A stretch of 64,000 bases of DNA from a virus. A program made the position numbers and the translations under genes. Below are positions 17,553-27,136 of the stretch, piece by piece (the stretch's first letter is position 1; each line of letters opens with the position of its first letter). The stretch lies in IMG/VR virus record IMGVR_UViG_3300030339_000011, positions 1 to 64,000 of that record; one strand, written 5' to 3'. The notes beneath the pieces were generated by a model, which was not told the origin of the DNA, ran no database searches, and saw only the letters and a program-made list of their open reading frames with translations.

Positions 17553-17836
17553 TTTCTTTTATTTTTTAAATATTCTAATATTTCTTTGATTTCTACTCCA
17601 TTTAATATCTGATTATCTGTAAGAGTTGAGAAATCTCTTTTTGAGTAATTGAATTTTGCATTTTCAATATAAATTGAAATAGCTTTGATGAACCAGAATT
17701 TAGATAATTTTTGTACTTTACGTTTTCTAACATAAGATTCAATCTTCTTAGTATCAATATAATATAGGTAACTAACTAAATCTTTTTTTGTTTCTGGTGC
17801 TTTTCTATAGCATTCTCCATCAGTCATATCAGACAT
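17549..17836 (-). CDS. famB-like protein (IESYVRKRKVQKLSKF motif, Cys-containing N-terminus)
   Basis: ORF track. Confidence 0.5.
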   Translation of the reverse strand: MSDMTDGECYRKAPETKKDLVSYLYYIDTKKIESYVRKRKVQKLSKFWFIKAISIYIENAKFNYSKRDFSTLTDNQILNGVEIKEILEYLKNKRK

Positions 17837-17904
17837 AATTTAATAATTTAAGTTTTTGTTATTTAATAAAAAAACTTTCACACATGATTAATATATGAAA
17901 GTAC

Positions 17905-18122
17905 AAATGTAAGGATATTATTTTAATATTCAATGAATAAACGTGAATATTTTAATATTATTTGTTTGCTTTTTTTCTGTAGTGTATATTTACAAAATAT
18001 AATATTACAAAACAAAGAACAAAAAATGCTGAAATGAAAGTAGGAATAGAACTCATGATAATTATTTTTAGTTATACATATTAATTAGAATTACAAAGAT
18101 AAGGATATTATTTTAATATATA
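17905..18122. repeat. Divergent intergenic region carrying a 20-bp direct repeat, TAAGGATATTATTTTAATAT, in two copies
   Basis: Copies at about 17911-17930 and 18101-18120. The region lies between divergent genes 17549..17836(-) and 18147..18671(+). Confidence 0.5.
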
Positions 18123-18146
18123 ATAATAAATAAAGTTAAATATATT

Positions 18147-18671
18147 ATGAATAGATTAAAAAGATTTGAATCATTTGGTGTGACAGATGATATTATACTT
18201 TCAATGACTGATAAATGTATTATTGATAATATTTTTTCGTCAAATGAAAGTATTTCTGAGTGGTGGAGTAAATTTATAGATTATGGTAAGAAAGGATTAT
18301 TGACTGCTACTATATTATTATCAATTGCTTTCTCATCTCAAGCACAGCAACAGAATAAATCAATGGATGTTATTAAGCAGGGTACTCAGATGATGCAATC
18401 AAATGATAAGAACAATGTTTATTCATTCTTTGTTGGAATATCAACAGAAAATTCTTCGTTGTCTATGAGAAATGGTGACATTGAATCTGCTGCAGGATTC
18501 AAAGAAATATCAAAATATTATGAAAATTTGAGAGATGGTAAAGATGCAGAAAAATTATCAATTAATGCAATTAAATGTATTAAAAAGATTAAAAATTTGT
18601 ATAATAAATTAGATAAAAACGACATTTCTAACTTTATTCAAAATGGTAAAAATTTACACACTATAGATTAA
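18147..18671 (+). CDS. Hypothetical secreted or membrane protein, 174 aa
   Basis: ORF track. Hydrophobic segment LLTATILLSIAFSSQAQQ. Confidence 0.5.
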   Translation: MNRLKRFESFGVTDDIILSMTDKCIIDNIFSSNESISEWWSKFIDYGKKGLLTATILLSIAFSSQAQQQNKSMDVIKQGTQMMQSNDKNNVYSFFVGISTENSSLSMRNGDIESAAGFKEISKYYENLRDGKDAEKLSINAIKCIKKIKNLYNKLDKNDISNFIQNGKNLHTID

Positions 18672-19041
18672 ATTTATTTGTTGAGAATCCTAAAATCAAA
18701 TCTAATTTGCTAATAACATGCCATGAGTCATATCCTGGTGATGAGTTACCAATTTTCATTTTATTTTTAAGTTCATCAATTTTCATTTCTCCATACAAAG
18801 AGCTTAATGACGGAGAATATTTAAAATTATTGCTAAGTAAAATATCAGTCTTTGATGAATTAGGATATCCATATATAATAATGGTGTCATGATTATCTTG
18901 AGTCATTTTATAGATATCATATTCTATTTGATTATCTTCTAATGTATTTATATTTGTCATTATATCATTACTATAATCATTGAATCTTCTATAATATATG
19001 TAATAATCAGTTTTTTTTTCAAATTCTTTTATATATTTCAT
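18661..19041 (-). CDS. famC protein (C2 body; MKYIKEFE ... NKFNL)
   Basis: ORF track. Conserved termini. Confidence 0.65.
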   Translation of the reverse strand: MKYIKEFEKKTDYYIYYRRFNDYSNDIMTNINTLEDNQIEYDIYKMTQDNHDTIIIYGYPNSSKTDILLSNNFKYSPSLSSLYGEMKIDELKNKMKIGNSSPGYDSWHVISKLDLILGFSTNKFNL

Positions 19042-19043
19042 TG

Positions 19044-19430
19044 TTATATGTTAAATTTATTGGACATTTTGACACTATCTATTAATTGATCAACATCTTC
19101 TATTTCAATTAAAGTCCAAAATTCAGAATTCAAAATAATTTCTTTTTCTTTTTCTAATTCATCAACTGAAAAAATATCATTATTTGTAGTAAAATTTATA
19201 CCTTTAAGAATGAAATCACTTTTTGATGATTCTAAATATGCATTTATGGCAAGAAAAATATCTTTTCCATTCATTATATAATAGAACATATCAAATTTTA
19301 TTTCAAATTTATTTAATCTTTGAATGTCACTATATAATCTAAGTTTAGATATATTATCTAATTGATAAGTTTTTACATATTTCTTAAACTTGTCATCATC
19401 TAAACTTTCATTAAATTTTTTTACTATCAT
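19044..19430 (-). CDS. famC protein (C2-like)
   Basis: MIVKKFNES ... SNKFNI. Confidence 0.6.
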   Translation of the reverse strand: MIVKKFNESLDDDKFKKYVKTYQLDNISKLRLYSDIQRLNKFEIKFDMFYYIMNGKDIFLAINAYLESSKSDFILKGINFTTNNDIFSVDELEKEKEIILNSEFWTLIEIEDVDQLIDSVKMSNKFNI

Positions 19431-19753
19431 AAATTAAATTTATTTGTTTGTAATATTAAAATTAAATCTTTCTTGTTTCTACTAAAATGATTTATTTCTT
19501 TTATGCTAAAAGGAAATGCTTCTTTATTTATTTTTGATGTGAACATTTCTAAATCTTTTAATAATTGTGGATCAAGATCATATTTTATGATATAAGGATA
19601 TTGAGCACCAAATGTGTCTACATAATCAATAATTTCTCCTATCATATCATGAATAAAAGAATTTAATCCACCTGTTTCATCAGTACATATGACAAAATCT
19701 CCAATTTCTGGCTTTCCTTCATCTAAACTTTCATTAAATCTTTCTACTTTCAT
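19427..19753 (-). CDS. famC protein (C1 body: PEIGDFVIC)
   Basis: MKVERFNES ... TNKFNL. Confidence 0.65.
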   Translation of the reverse strand: MKVERFNESLDEGKPEIGDFVICTDETGGLNSFIHDMIGEIIDYVDTFGAQYPYIIKYDLDPQLLKDLEMFTSKINKEAFPFSIKEINHFSRNKKDLILILQTNKFNL

Positions 19754-19754
19754 A

Positions 19755-20165
19755 TTATATATTAAATTTCATAGAATTTATAATAGTCTCTATCTCATCA
19801 AATTCAACTTCTGTCCATAAATCATGTTTATTAATTAAGGTATTCTTATAATTTTCGTCTTCATGTCTAAGAAAATCAAAGTTCATCTTATCAAGAACTA
19901 CTCTTTCTTCTATATTAATAGGAAATGCATATATTTTAAATGTGAAATGAGATGGTTCTATATGATCAAAATACTTATAGTATATAATGTTATCTATTTT
20001 GCAATTGTTTACTAGATATTCTGAGTCTTGCAATAAAAATTCTATATCATCATCATCATAAATGGAATATCTTTTGTAATAAACTTTAATCTGTACGTTA
20101 ATATCTTCATTAATATCTTCATTAATATCTTCATTATTATGTTCATTAAATTTGTTGATCCTCAT
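19755..20165 (-). CDS. famC protein (C2). Start moved to the internal MRINKFNE
   Basis: The track ORF (19755..20198) reads through the upstream KFNI-stop junction. The family start lies at the internal Met. Confidence 0.6.
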   Translation of the reverse strand: MRINKFNEHNNEDINEDINEDINVQIKVYYKRYSIYDDDDIEFLLQDSEYLVNNCKIDNIIYYKYFDHIEPSHFTFKIYAFPINIEERVVLDKMNFDFLRHEDENYKNTLINKHDLWTEVEFDEIETIINSMKFNI

Positions 20166-20166
20166 A

Positions 20167-20502
20167 TTATATGTTAAATTTTTGTGCTTGAATTTCAATT
20201 TTTAATTCTTCTTTTGTTAAAAATCTGCCATCTTTAATGTCTTTTACTTTTCTTTCTGTATCATAAACTTGAGATAAATTATAACCATTAGGAATATATA
20301 ACCCCATTAAATTACCAGGTATTCTAGCAAATATTCCTACAATAAATGAATTATTAGTTATTAATATATCATATTTTATTTTCAGATTATCAAATTTATT
20401 TAAATCTTTAATTATATCATCTATCGAATTATATTTTTCTCCATATAATTTATTATATATGAAAATATTTTCAACAGTATCATTAAATTTTAGTATTTTC
20501 AT
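20167..20502 (-). CDS. famC protein (C2)
   Basis: MKILKFNDT ... AQKFNI. Confidence 0.65.
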   Translation of the reverse strand: MKILKFNDTVENIFIYNKLYGEKYNSIDDIIKDLNKFDNLKIKYDILITNNSFIVGIFARIPGNLMGLYIPNGYNLSQVYDTERKVKDIKDGRFLTKEELKIEIQAQKFNI

Positions 20503-20503
20503 T

Positions 20504-20857
20504 TTATAAGTTAAATTTTCGTGCTTGTATTGTTGGTATAATATCTTCTTTCTTTATTAAATTTGAACTTCTACCTTTTCTTTTTTCTTCATATTCAGAT
20601 TCATTATCATAAATATCAGATGACTCAAAATCAATTGGTAGATTTTCTAATAAGAATTTTCCATCTAATTGAGCATATACTCCTAAGTAAATGTCTTTTT
20701 TATTTAATATGTATATATCATATTTTATGTTCTGTTTGTCTAATTTTTTCAAATCATTAAATACATCATCTATCTTATGATATTTTCCTTCTCCACTATA
20801 TAACTTATAATATATGTGAATTCTTTCGTTATTTTCATTGAATTTTAGTACTTTCAT
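20504..20857 (-). CDS. famC protein (C2). Start moved to MKVLKFNE
   Basis: Same junction logic as 19755..20165. Confidence 0.6.
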   Translation of the reverse strand: MKVLKFNENNERIHIYYKLYSGEGKYHKIDDVFNDLKKLDKQNIKYDIYILNKKDIYLGVYAQLDGKFLLENLPIDFESSDIYDNESEYEEKRKGRSSNLIKKEDIIPTIQARKFNL

Positions 20858-20858
20858 G

Positions 20859-21224
20859 TTATATGTTAAATTTATTTGCATTTAAAATTATTGGTATATC
20901 TTCTATTCTAATGATCTTATAACCAGCTCCTAAATACTCTTCTTCTATGTCTTCTTTACTTTTTGCTGATGATGAAATATATTCATATTTTAATATATTT
21001 CTTAAATGACAATCAGGATATATAAATATAAAAAAAACTCCAACTGTGTGATTATAAAGAAAGCTATAATCTACTTCATTCTTAGTTAATTCAACTAAGC
21101 AATTTAATAACACATTATATACATCATCAGTCTCAATATTAAATAACATATAATATATCTTATTTGGCTCATAAGTATTGTCTTCTGTATAAACAGAATT
21201 TTCATTAAATCTTTTTATATTCAT
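20859..21224 (-). CDS. famC protein (C2-like)
   Basis: MNIKRFNEN ... ANKFNI. Confidence 0.65.
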   Translation of the reverse strand: MNIKRFNENSVYTEDNTYEPNKIYYMLFNIETDDVYNVLLNCLVELTKNEVDYSFLYNHTVGVFFIFIYPDCHLRNILKYEYISSSAKSKEDIEEEYLGAGYKIIRIEDIPIILNANKFNI

Positions 21225-21225
21225 A

Positions 21226-21582
21226 TTAAATATTAAATTTGCTTGATTGAATTAATAATTCAATGTCATCTTTTTTTATAATTCTATTTCCTATGCGTAA
21301 TCTTGTTTCTATTATACCTTCTTTAGTTTCATTTTTGCTTATCATGAAATTTGGAATTGTAGAGTCCAGTTCATAATTTGTAAACGCGTATATTCTGAAG
21401 TAATTGAAATTTTTATTAAAATAAAAAATCACGTAATCTATTTTATATCTTTCTAATGATAATATATCAGAAGTTAAGTCCTCTAATTCATTTTCAATAA
21501 TATCATCAGGATTATCATTATACATATTATAATATGTATTTACTTTATTTTTATTTTCATTAAATTGTATATATGTTTTCAT
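21226..21582 (-). CDS. famC protein (C2)
   Basis: ...KIDYVIFYFNKNFNYFRIYAF...SSKFNI. Confidence 0.65.
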   Translation of the reverse strand: MKTYIQFNENKNKVNTYYNMYNDNPDDIIENELEDLTSDILSLERYKIDYVIFYFNKNFNYFRIYAFTNYELDSTIPNFMISKNETKEGIIETRLRIGNRIIKKDDIELLIQSSKFNI

Positions 21583-21900
21583 TTATAAGTTGAATTTTAT
21601 TGCGTTTAATATAGTTTCTAAATAAATTTTATTCTCACTATAGTATAAAATTTCTTCTCTATTGATCATGAATGAATTTTTATACTTTATAAGTGTCTCA
21701 TCTGTTATTTCTTTAATGTCTGGTATATTATCGTATTTTACTATGTATTCATACATCCCTCCGTTATCTATTTTTGTTAATACTCCAATATTATTTCTTG
21801 TGAATTCATTTATTTTAATATTTGAATGATATTCACATATTATATAATCACCTACTTTTATATCGTCAATTATATTTTCATATTTTTTTATATGCTTCAT
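21583..21900 (-). CDS. famC protein (C1)
   Basis: MKHIKKYEN..VGDYIICEY..VKYDNIPDI..AIKFNL. Confidence 0.65.
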   Translation of the reverse strand: MKHIKKYENIIDDIKVGDYIICEYHSNIKINEFTRNNIGVLTKIDNGGMYEYIVKYDNIPDIKEITDETLIKYKNSFMINREEILYYSENKIYLETILNAIKFNL

Positions 21901-22299
21901 TTATAAGTTGAATTTTTTCGCTCTCATTAAAAATATTATTTCATCCTTAGTTATTTTTAACCAATCCACATTTTTACGTAATTCTATGACTTTTTCCTTT
22001 GATAAATATCCAGAAAAATATGAATTGTCTATGAATTTTGATATTCTTATTTTTTCTCTATCATCAGGAAAGAAATTAATTCTTATAAATGAACCATTTG
22101 TCATGTCTTGATAATATATTACATAATCTATATTTGAATCTTCCAGTATTTTTATTTTCTCTATGACTTTGATTAATAATTTTTCATCATCAAATATAGA
22201 ATTTGATACTATCATAGTGTCAGAATGATAAGAACGTGGTTTAAATTTAGATTCATTAGATGATTCATTAAATGATAGATAAGAATTTATGTTATTCAT
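21901..22299 (-). CDS. famC protein (C2)
   Basis: ...NIDYVIYYQDMTNGSFIRINFF...AKKFNL. Confidence 0.65.
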   Translation of the reverse strand: MNNINSYLSFNESSNESKFKPRSYHSDTMIVSNSIFDDEKLLIKVIEKIKILEDSNIDYVIYYQDMTNGSFIRINFFPDDREKIRISKFIDNSYFSGYLSKEKVIELRKNVDWLKITKDEIIFLMRAKKFNL

Positions 22300-22395
22300 A
22301 TGATCTATATATTTAATTTACAATTCATAAAAAAAGAACCTATGAAATTAATCATAAGTTCCTTTTATTTAAATTATTATTATTATTAATTTATT

Positions 22396-22758
22396 TTATA
22401 CTATTATTTTAATATTAAACTTCTCCTCATATAATTTTATTTTTTCTTTTTGATATTTAATATTCGAATTTGTTGTATAATCTAAAAGAAATTGTAAAAT
22501 TTCAATGTGATCTTTAAATATTTTCTGAGATAAGAACTTTTGTATTCCAATATTTCTATCTGAGATATTTTCAATTGAATCGTAAAAATTTCTAACAATA
22601 TCAAAAATTACATACAATTGTTCACTAAAATCAAGTGATAATATTTTATCAGAAACAATAACAATATCTTTATCAATTTTTAATCCATTTAAAATTGACT
22701 TAGTTAATTCTAATATATCATCAGGATTACCATTAAATATAAATTCTCCTTTTTTCAT
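22396..22758 (-). CDS. famD hypothetical protein, 120 aa
   Basis: ORF track. Paralogue of the next gene (ELTKSILNGL / ELTKSVLNDL). Confidence 0.55.
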   Translation of the reverse strand: MKKGEFIFNGNPDDILELTKSILNGLKIDKDIVIVSDKILSLDFSEQLYVIFDIVRNFYDSIENISDRNIGIQKFLSQKIFKDHIEILQFLLDYTTNSNIKYQKEKIKLYEEKFNIKIIV

Positions 22759-22764
22759 AAATTA

Positions 22765-23136
22765 TTATATTTTACTTAAATCAATTACTATGTTATGAGT
22801 TTTCTCGTGTAATTCAAGTAGTTGAGTTCTGCTTAATCCATCATGTCCTTCATCAAAGAAAATGTCTACTAAAATTTCTCGGTGAGGTTTAAATTCTTTC
22901 TGAATTAAAAATTTTTCAATTGTTTTTATTTCAATTTTAGATCTATCAGTTAATGAATACAAATTATTTATGATATCATTAATTACTAGTAATTGTTTAC
23001 TAAATTCCAGAGATAATATGTTATCAGATATTTCCTTTGAATTTTCTTCCATGCTTAAATCATTCAAAACTGATTTTGTTAATTCAGATAATTCTTCAAA
23101 TGATTCACTTGTAGCCACAAATATTCCTTTTTCCAT
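22765..23136 (-). CDS. famD hypothetical protein, 123 aa
   Basis: ORF track. Confidence 0.55.
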   Translation of the reverse strand: MEKGIFVATSESFEELSELTKSVLNDLSMEENSKEISDNILSLEFSKQLLVINDIINNLYSLTDRSKIEIKTIEKFLIQKEFKPHREILVDIFFDEGHDGLSRTQLLELHEKTHNIVIDLSKI

Positions 23137-23267
23137 AACTTTTCATTTTAAATTGAGTACAAAAATATCTATTAATTCATATAATCCCTAATATTAATGT
23201 ATAATATTATAATTTATTAACCTTAATTCATATTTATTTTTACCTTTCTTAAAATTATATATAGCAT

Positions 23268-23510
23268 ATGAAACATTTAAAACAATTTGAAAATAAAAAA
23301 GAATTTGAAGTTGGAAATTATGTTCAAATAAATTATACAATAGGTAAAATTGTTGGAAGAATAATAGAAATTGACGGTAATGATGCAATTCTTGATACAA
23401 TTAATGGAATGAGAATTGTATTCTCATTCATTAACTATTTAGAAATAGCAAATAATAAACAAATAGAAATTTTTATAATGGAGAAAAATGCAAAAAAATT
23501 TAACTTATGA
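23268..23510 (+). CDS. famC protein (short C1-like; MKHLKQFE ... AKKFNL)
   Basis: Conserved termini. The overlapping minus ORF 23194..23400 is rejected. Confidence 0.6.
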   Translation: MKHLKQFENKKEFEVGNYVQINYTIGKIVGRIIEIDGNDAILDTINGMRIVFSFINYLEIANNKQIEIFIMEKNAKKFNL

Positions 23511-23839
23511 AACATTTAAAAATATATGAAGGTTATAATATGCCAGAAATAGGAGATTATGTCATATGTGATATAACTCCTGGACAATATGATGAATTTA
23601 GAGAACTTAAAGATTTTCTTATTGTTAATATAGGATTAATAATTTATGCTCCTAAATATTCAGATGAGTATGACTATGTTATAAGTTTTGATAATTTACC
23701 TAAAAATCTTGATTCTATGTTTGGCTCTAATACAAAAAATGGAAGAGGATTGAAATTCTCAATCGATGAGATTAAACATTTTAGTAAAGATAAGGAAAAA
23801 ATGAAGATTATACTATCATCAAATAAATTTAATATTTAA
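23507..23839 (+). CDS. famC protein (C1)
   Basis: MKHLKIYE..PEIGDYVICD..SFDNLP..SSNKFNI. Confidence 0.65.
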   Translation: MKHLKIYEGYNMPEIGDYVICDITPGQYDEFRELKDFLIVNIGLIIYAPKYSDEYDYVISFDNLPKNLDSMFGSNTKNGRGLKFSIDEIKHFSKDKEKMKIILSSNKFNI

Positions 23840-23840
23840 T

Positions 23841-24467
23841 ATGAAATACATTAAAAAATTTGAAAGTTCAATTAAAAAAATGATTTTGATTGGCGAAAAT
23901 TTGACTGAGTTGCCTGAATTACCAGATACTCTTATGAAATTGCAATGTTCTGATAATAAATTGACATCATTATCTAATTTACCTAATACATTAAATGAAA
24001 TATATTGTAACAATAATATGATAATTGAAATTTCTAAATTACCAGAATTTTTAACTGATTTTGCTTGCTCATATAATAAATTAAAAAAATTGCCAAATTT
24101 GCCTAATACATTAAAAGAACTTTTTTGCTGTGATAATAAACTAACAGAATTACCTATTCTGCCAGATAACTTAAGAATTCTTAGCTGTGATAATAATAAT
24201 TTAAATGAATTACCGATTTTACCAAAAAAATTAACATTATTATCTTGCTCTGGAAACAATTTAGAGAAATTGCCTGAATTACCAGATGGCTTATTGGATT
24301 TATATTGTTATAATAATAATTTAAAAGAATTACCTATATTACCAATTACATTGAAATCGTTGGCTTGTTCTGGTAATAATTTACCATATACTAATTTAAA
24401 AGAATATGATGAGTGGTTAGAAATAAATCATCCTGATATTTTTATGACTAGAAAATTTAACATATAA
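23841..24467 (+). CDS. famC LRR protein (YopM/IpaH-type 20-residue LPxLPxxLxxLxCxxNxL repeats, ~8 repeats)
   Basis: MKYIKKFES ... TRKFNI. LRR consensus visible throughout. Confidence 0.75.
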   Translation: MKYIKKFESSIKKMILIGENLTELPELPDTLMKLQCSDNKLTSLSNLPNTLNEIYCNNNMIIEISKLPEFLTDFACSYNKLKKLPNLPNTLKELFCCDNKLTELPILPDNLRILSCDNNNLNELPILPKKLTLLSCSGNNLEKLPELPDGLLDLYCYNNNLKELPILPITLKSLACSGNNLPYTNLKEYDEWLEINHPDIFMTRKFNI

Positions 24468-24468
24468 T

Positions 24469-25035
24469 ATGAAATACATTAAAAAATTTGAAAATTCAAA
24501 TATAGAATTGAATGATAATCATAAAAATTTAACTATATTGCATAAATTACCAAGAAATTTAGTAAAATTGGAATGCTCAGATAATAAATTGATTAATTTA
24601 CCTACGTTACCAAAAACATTAGAATATTTAGATTGTTCTGGTAATAAATTAATTAAATTGCCTGATATACCAGATTCCTGTAAAAAATTGTATTGTTATA
24701 ATAATAAATTAACTAAGTTGCCTAAATTGTCACAGAATTTAAAAATTATATCTTGCGCAGACAATAAATTAACAGAATTATCAGAGTTACCTGAATCATT
24801 AGATAAATTATATTGTGGTGAAAATAAATTGACAACTTTACCTAATTTACCAAGCAAATTAACTGTATTGTCTTGTAGATTTAATAAATTAACTGAGTTG
24901 CCTATTTTACCAGAAACAATAACAACATTGTATTGTGAAGGAAATGATTTAGGATATTCTGATTTGGATGGTTATTATGATTGGCTGGAAATTAATCATC
25001 CTGAAGTAGTTGATGCAAGTAAATTCAATATATAA
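24469..25035 (+). CDS. famC LRR protein
   Basis: MKYIKKFEN ... ASKFNI. 1-nt spacer from the upstream gene. Confidence 0.75.
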   Translation: MKYIKKFENSNIELNDNHKNLTILHKLPRNLVKLECSDNKLINLPTLPKTLEYLDCSGNKLIKLPDIPDSCKKLYCYNNKLTKLPKLSQNLKIISCADNKLTELSELPESLDKLYCGENKLTTLPNLPSKLTVLSCRFNKLTELPILPETITTLYCEGNDLGYSDLDGYYDWLEINHPEVVDASKFNI

Positions 25036-25038
25036 AAA

Positions 25039-25434
25039 TTATAAATTGAATTTGTCTGCTGTTAATATCATTTCTAATTCTTCAATTGTTTTACCAAATG
25101 CTTTTATATTTGTTTCATTTAGATGAATAACCTTATTTTTTTTAGAACCTAAATTAAAATAATCCCTAATTATATCTGGAATATTTTCATATTCAAAATA
25201 ATTTGATATTTCAGGATGTTTGTTTGATATGTCATATGATACATAATATGTTCTTAAAGTCTTTCCGTTTACTACTACTTTTCCTCCATAATTTCTTATT
25301 CTACCAATATTATTAGTTAAAAAGTCATAAATATCTCCTCCTAAATTGTAATTACTATTATCATATTCAAAAATAATATAATCATTTATTTTTGGCTCAT
25401 TATTTGTGTTTTCATTGAATCTTTCTATTTTCAT
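25039..25434 (-). CDS. famC protein (C1). Start moved to MKIERFNEN
   Basis: The track ORF (25039..25500) reads through the junction. Body has YENIPDII and ends TADKFNL. Confidence 0.6.
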   Translation of the reverse strand: MKIERFNENTNNEPKINDYIIFEYDNSNYNLGGDIYDFLTNNIGRIRNYGGKVVVNGKTLRTYYVSYDISNKHPEISNYFEYENIPDIIRDYFNLGSKKNKVIHLNETNIKAFGKTIEELEMILTADKFNL

Positions 25435-25436
25435 TA

Positions 25437-25754
25437 TTATATGTTGAATTTTCTGGATTGTAAAATAGTTTCTAAATCTTCTATGTTGTCTGACCAACAT
25501 AATATTTCTTTCCTTGAAAAAGTAGTTGTACCTTTATTGAAATATTTTTCTGTATCTTCTGGTATGTTTTCATATTGAACTACAAATGGATATTTATCTC
25601 CTCTATTAAATTCTATGCAAATACCAATATGACTATTAACAAAAGTTCTAGATTTAAATGCTCCAACGTAATCATTAGATAAAATGTATTCTCCTACCAT
25701 TGGAAAGTCTTTTTTATCAGACATTAATTTTTCAAACTCCTTTATATACTTCAT
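25437..25754 (-). CDS. famC protein (C1)
   Basis: MKYIKEFEK ... YENIPED ... SRKFNI. Confidence 0.65.
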   Translation of the reverse strand: MKYIKEFEKLMSDKKDFPMVGEYILSNDYVGAFKSRTFVNSHIGICIEFNRGDKYPFVVQYENIPEDTEKYFNKGTTTFSRKEILCWSDNIEDLETILQSRKFNI

Positions 25755-25756
25755 TG

Positions 25757-26101
25757 TTATAAGTTGAATTTATTTGTTTTTACTATATATTTTATCTTCT
25801 CCAAATCATCTCTTTTTATTTGAGTATATCCATTATTAGGTAGATTATTTTTTATGTCTTCTATGCTTGCAAATGATGAATTATCAAAATATCCTACTAA
25901 TAAATCTATTTTTGGCGTTCTTTTAAAATATATGAAAATTTCATATGTATTATCATGAGAATATATATAATGTTTTATTCTATTTTTTTCTAAATCATTT
26001 AAATCACGTATTAAAACTAACTCATCCTCTTTGCTATCTAAATTATAATTTTGGTAGTAGATATCAAATTCCCTACCTTCATTGAATCTTTCAATTTTCA
26101 T
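25757..26101 (-). CDS. famC protein (C2)
   Basis: MKIERFNEG ... NRIKHYIYSHDNTYEIFIYF ... TNKFNL. Confidence 0.65.
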   Translation of the reverse strand: MKIERFNEGREFDIYYQNYNLDSKEDELVLIRDLNDLEKNRIKHYIYSHDNTYEIFIYFKRTPKIDLLVGYFDNSSFASIEDIKNNLPNNGYTQIKRDDLEKIKYIVKTNKFNL

Positions 26102-26457
26102 TATAATGTATTATTATTTTCACTATTTCTTATTGATTCTAATTCATTTTTATTGTCCCCCCAATATCTAATCTCACCGTTGAATGCATAAATTTCCTTG
26201 ATATCATTATCAGATTCATAGTCACCATAAACATCATCAATATAGCTGTAATTTATAGTATAAAGAACTTCATATTTTTTAATAGAATTATTGTTACCTC
26301 TATTTATTTTTTTATTTTGGTCGTCAATATTTGTTATTAATCCAATAGAATCATTTATATTCTTTTTGTCATGACGGTTATTTACATTTAGTAATACATA
26401 ATTGCCTATCTCAGGCTCTCCATTGTTCAAACTCTCATTAAATCTTTTAACTCTCAT
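26101..26457 (-). CDS. famC-like protein (C1 N-terminus; lacks the KFNI terminus)
   Basis: MRVKRFNESLNNGEPEIGNYVLLN...; ends SENNNTL. Confidence 0.55.
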   Translation of the reverse strand: MRVKRFNESLNNGEPEIGNYVLLNVNNRHDKKNINDSIGLITNIDDQNKKINRGNNNSIKKYEVLYTINYSYIDDVYGDYESDNDIKEIYAFNGEIRYWGDNKNELESIRNSENNNTL

Positions 26458-26459
26458 TA

Positions 26460-26801
26460 TTATATGTTATATTTTTTAGAAACTAAGATAATTTCCAATT
26501 TAGATTTATCCTTAGAAGAATATTTTATTTCTTCTCTTAAAAATCTGATAGCTGATTCATATTTATTGTCCAAGTAGCCAACATGTAATGATTCAGGTAT
26601 GTTATCATATTGTACAACATATTTATCATCCCTACTTTTTTCTCCATTTATGTCTATTACTTTTCCAATATTATTATTTACAAGAATATTAAAGTCATCA
26701 AATTTATAATTTTCTGGATCATATTCATTGCATATTACATAATCACCAATTTCAATTTTTTTCTTATTTATATTACTTTCATTGAATCTAATTATCTTCA
26801 T
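26460..26801 (-). CDS. famC protein (C1)
   Basis: ..IEIGDYVICNEY..VVQYDNIPESL..SKKYNI. Confidence 0.65.
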   Translation of the reverse strand: MKIIRFNESNINKKKIEIGDYVICNEYDPENYKFDDFNILVNNNIGKVIDINGEKSRDDKYVVQYDNIPESLHVGYLDNKYESAIRFLREEIKYSSKDKSKLEIILVSKKYNI

Positions 26802-26803
26802 TG

Positions 26804-27136
26804 TTATATATTAAATTTATTTGATTTTAGAATTAATTCTAATTCTTTTTTATCTTGAGTCCAATATTTTATTTCAGTGCGCTTCATTCTTACTGTATTA
26901 TCACTATTGAAAAAAATATGTAAATTATGTGGAATATCATAAAATCTAATAGCATACGGATGAGTTGGATATTTATCATAATCATTCTTTACATACATAC
27001 CAATAGATGACATCATAAAATTATCAATGTCACTAAAATCATTTATAGTACTATCATGATTGTCATTGCATATTACATAATCACCAATTTCTGGGTTTCC
27101 TTCATTTAAACTCTCATTAAATCTTATTATCTTCAT
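26804..27136 (-). CDS. famC protein (C1)
   Basis: ..PEIGDYVICND..RFYDIPHNL..SNKFNI. Confidence 0.65.
   Translation of the reverse strand: MKIIRFNESLNEGNPEIGDYVICNDNHDSTINDFSDIDNFMMSSIGMYVKNDYDKYPTHPYAIRFYDIPHNLHIFFNSDNTVRMKRTEIKYWTQDKKELELILKSNKFNI

Noticed and set aside
17990-18057. 32-aa hydrophobic micro-ORF in the divergent intergenic region 17840-18146
   Set aside because: Too short and without any supporting signal. Mentioned only because the region also carries the 20-bp direct repeat.
18707-18892. Short antisense ORFs inside famC genes (18707..18892, 20563..20760, 21908..22111, 22970..23191, 26610..26858, 28357..28635, 29460..29654, 33030..33266, 51765..51977, 53007..53216, 54457..54645)
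   Set aside because: Each lies wholly inside a family-supported CDS on the opposite strand and reflects the AT-rich composition.
23194-23400. 68-aa minus-strand ORF overlapping 23268..23510
   Set aside because: The plus-strand ORF carries the famC termini and the upstream TATATA motif. The minus ORF is low complexity.
23819-24259. 146-aa minus-strand ORF antisense to LRR gene 23841..24467
   Set aside because: LRR repeats produce long open antisense frames. It carries no family termini and its repeats have the GN(S/L)GNxxN-type composition typical of LRR antisense. The same applies to 34351..34806, 35069..35260, 36281..36511, 43635..43874, 47395..47577, 49461..49646, 50028..50276 and 56621..56845.
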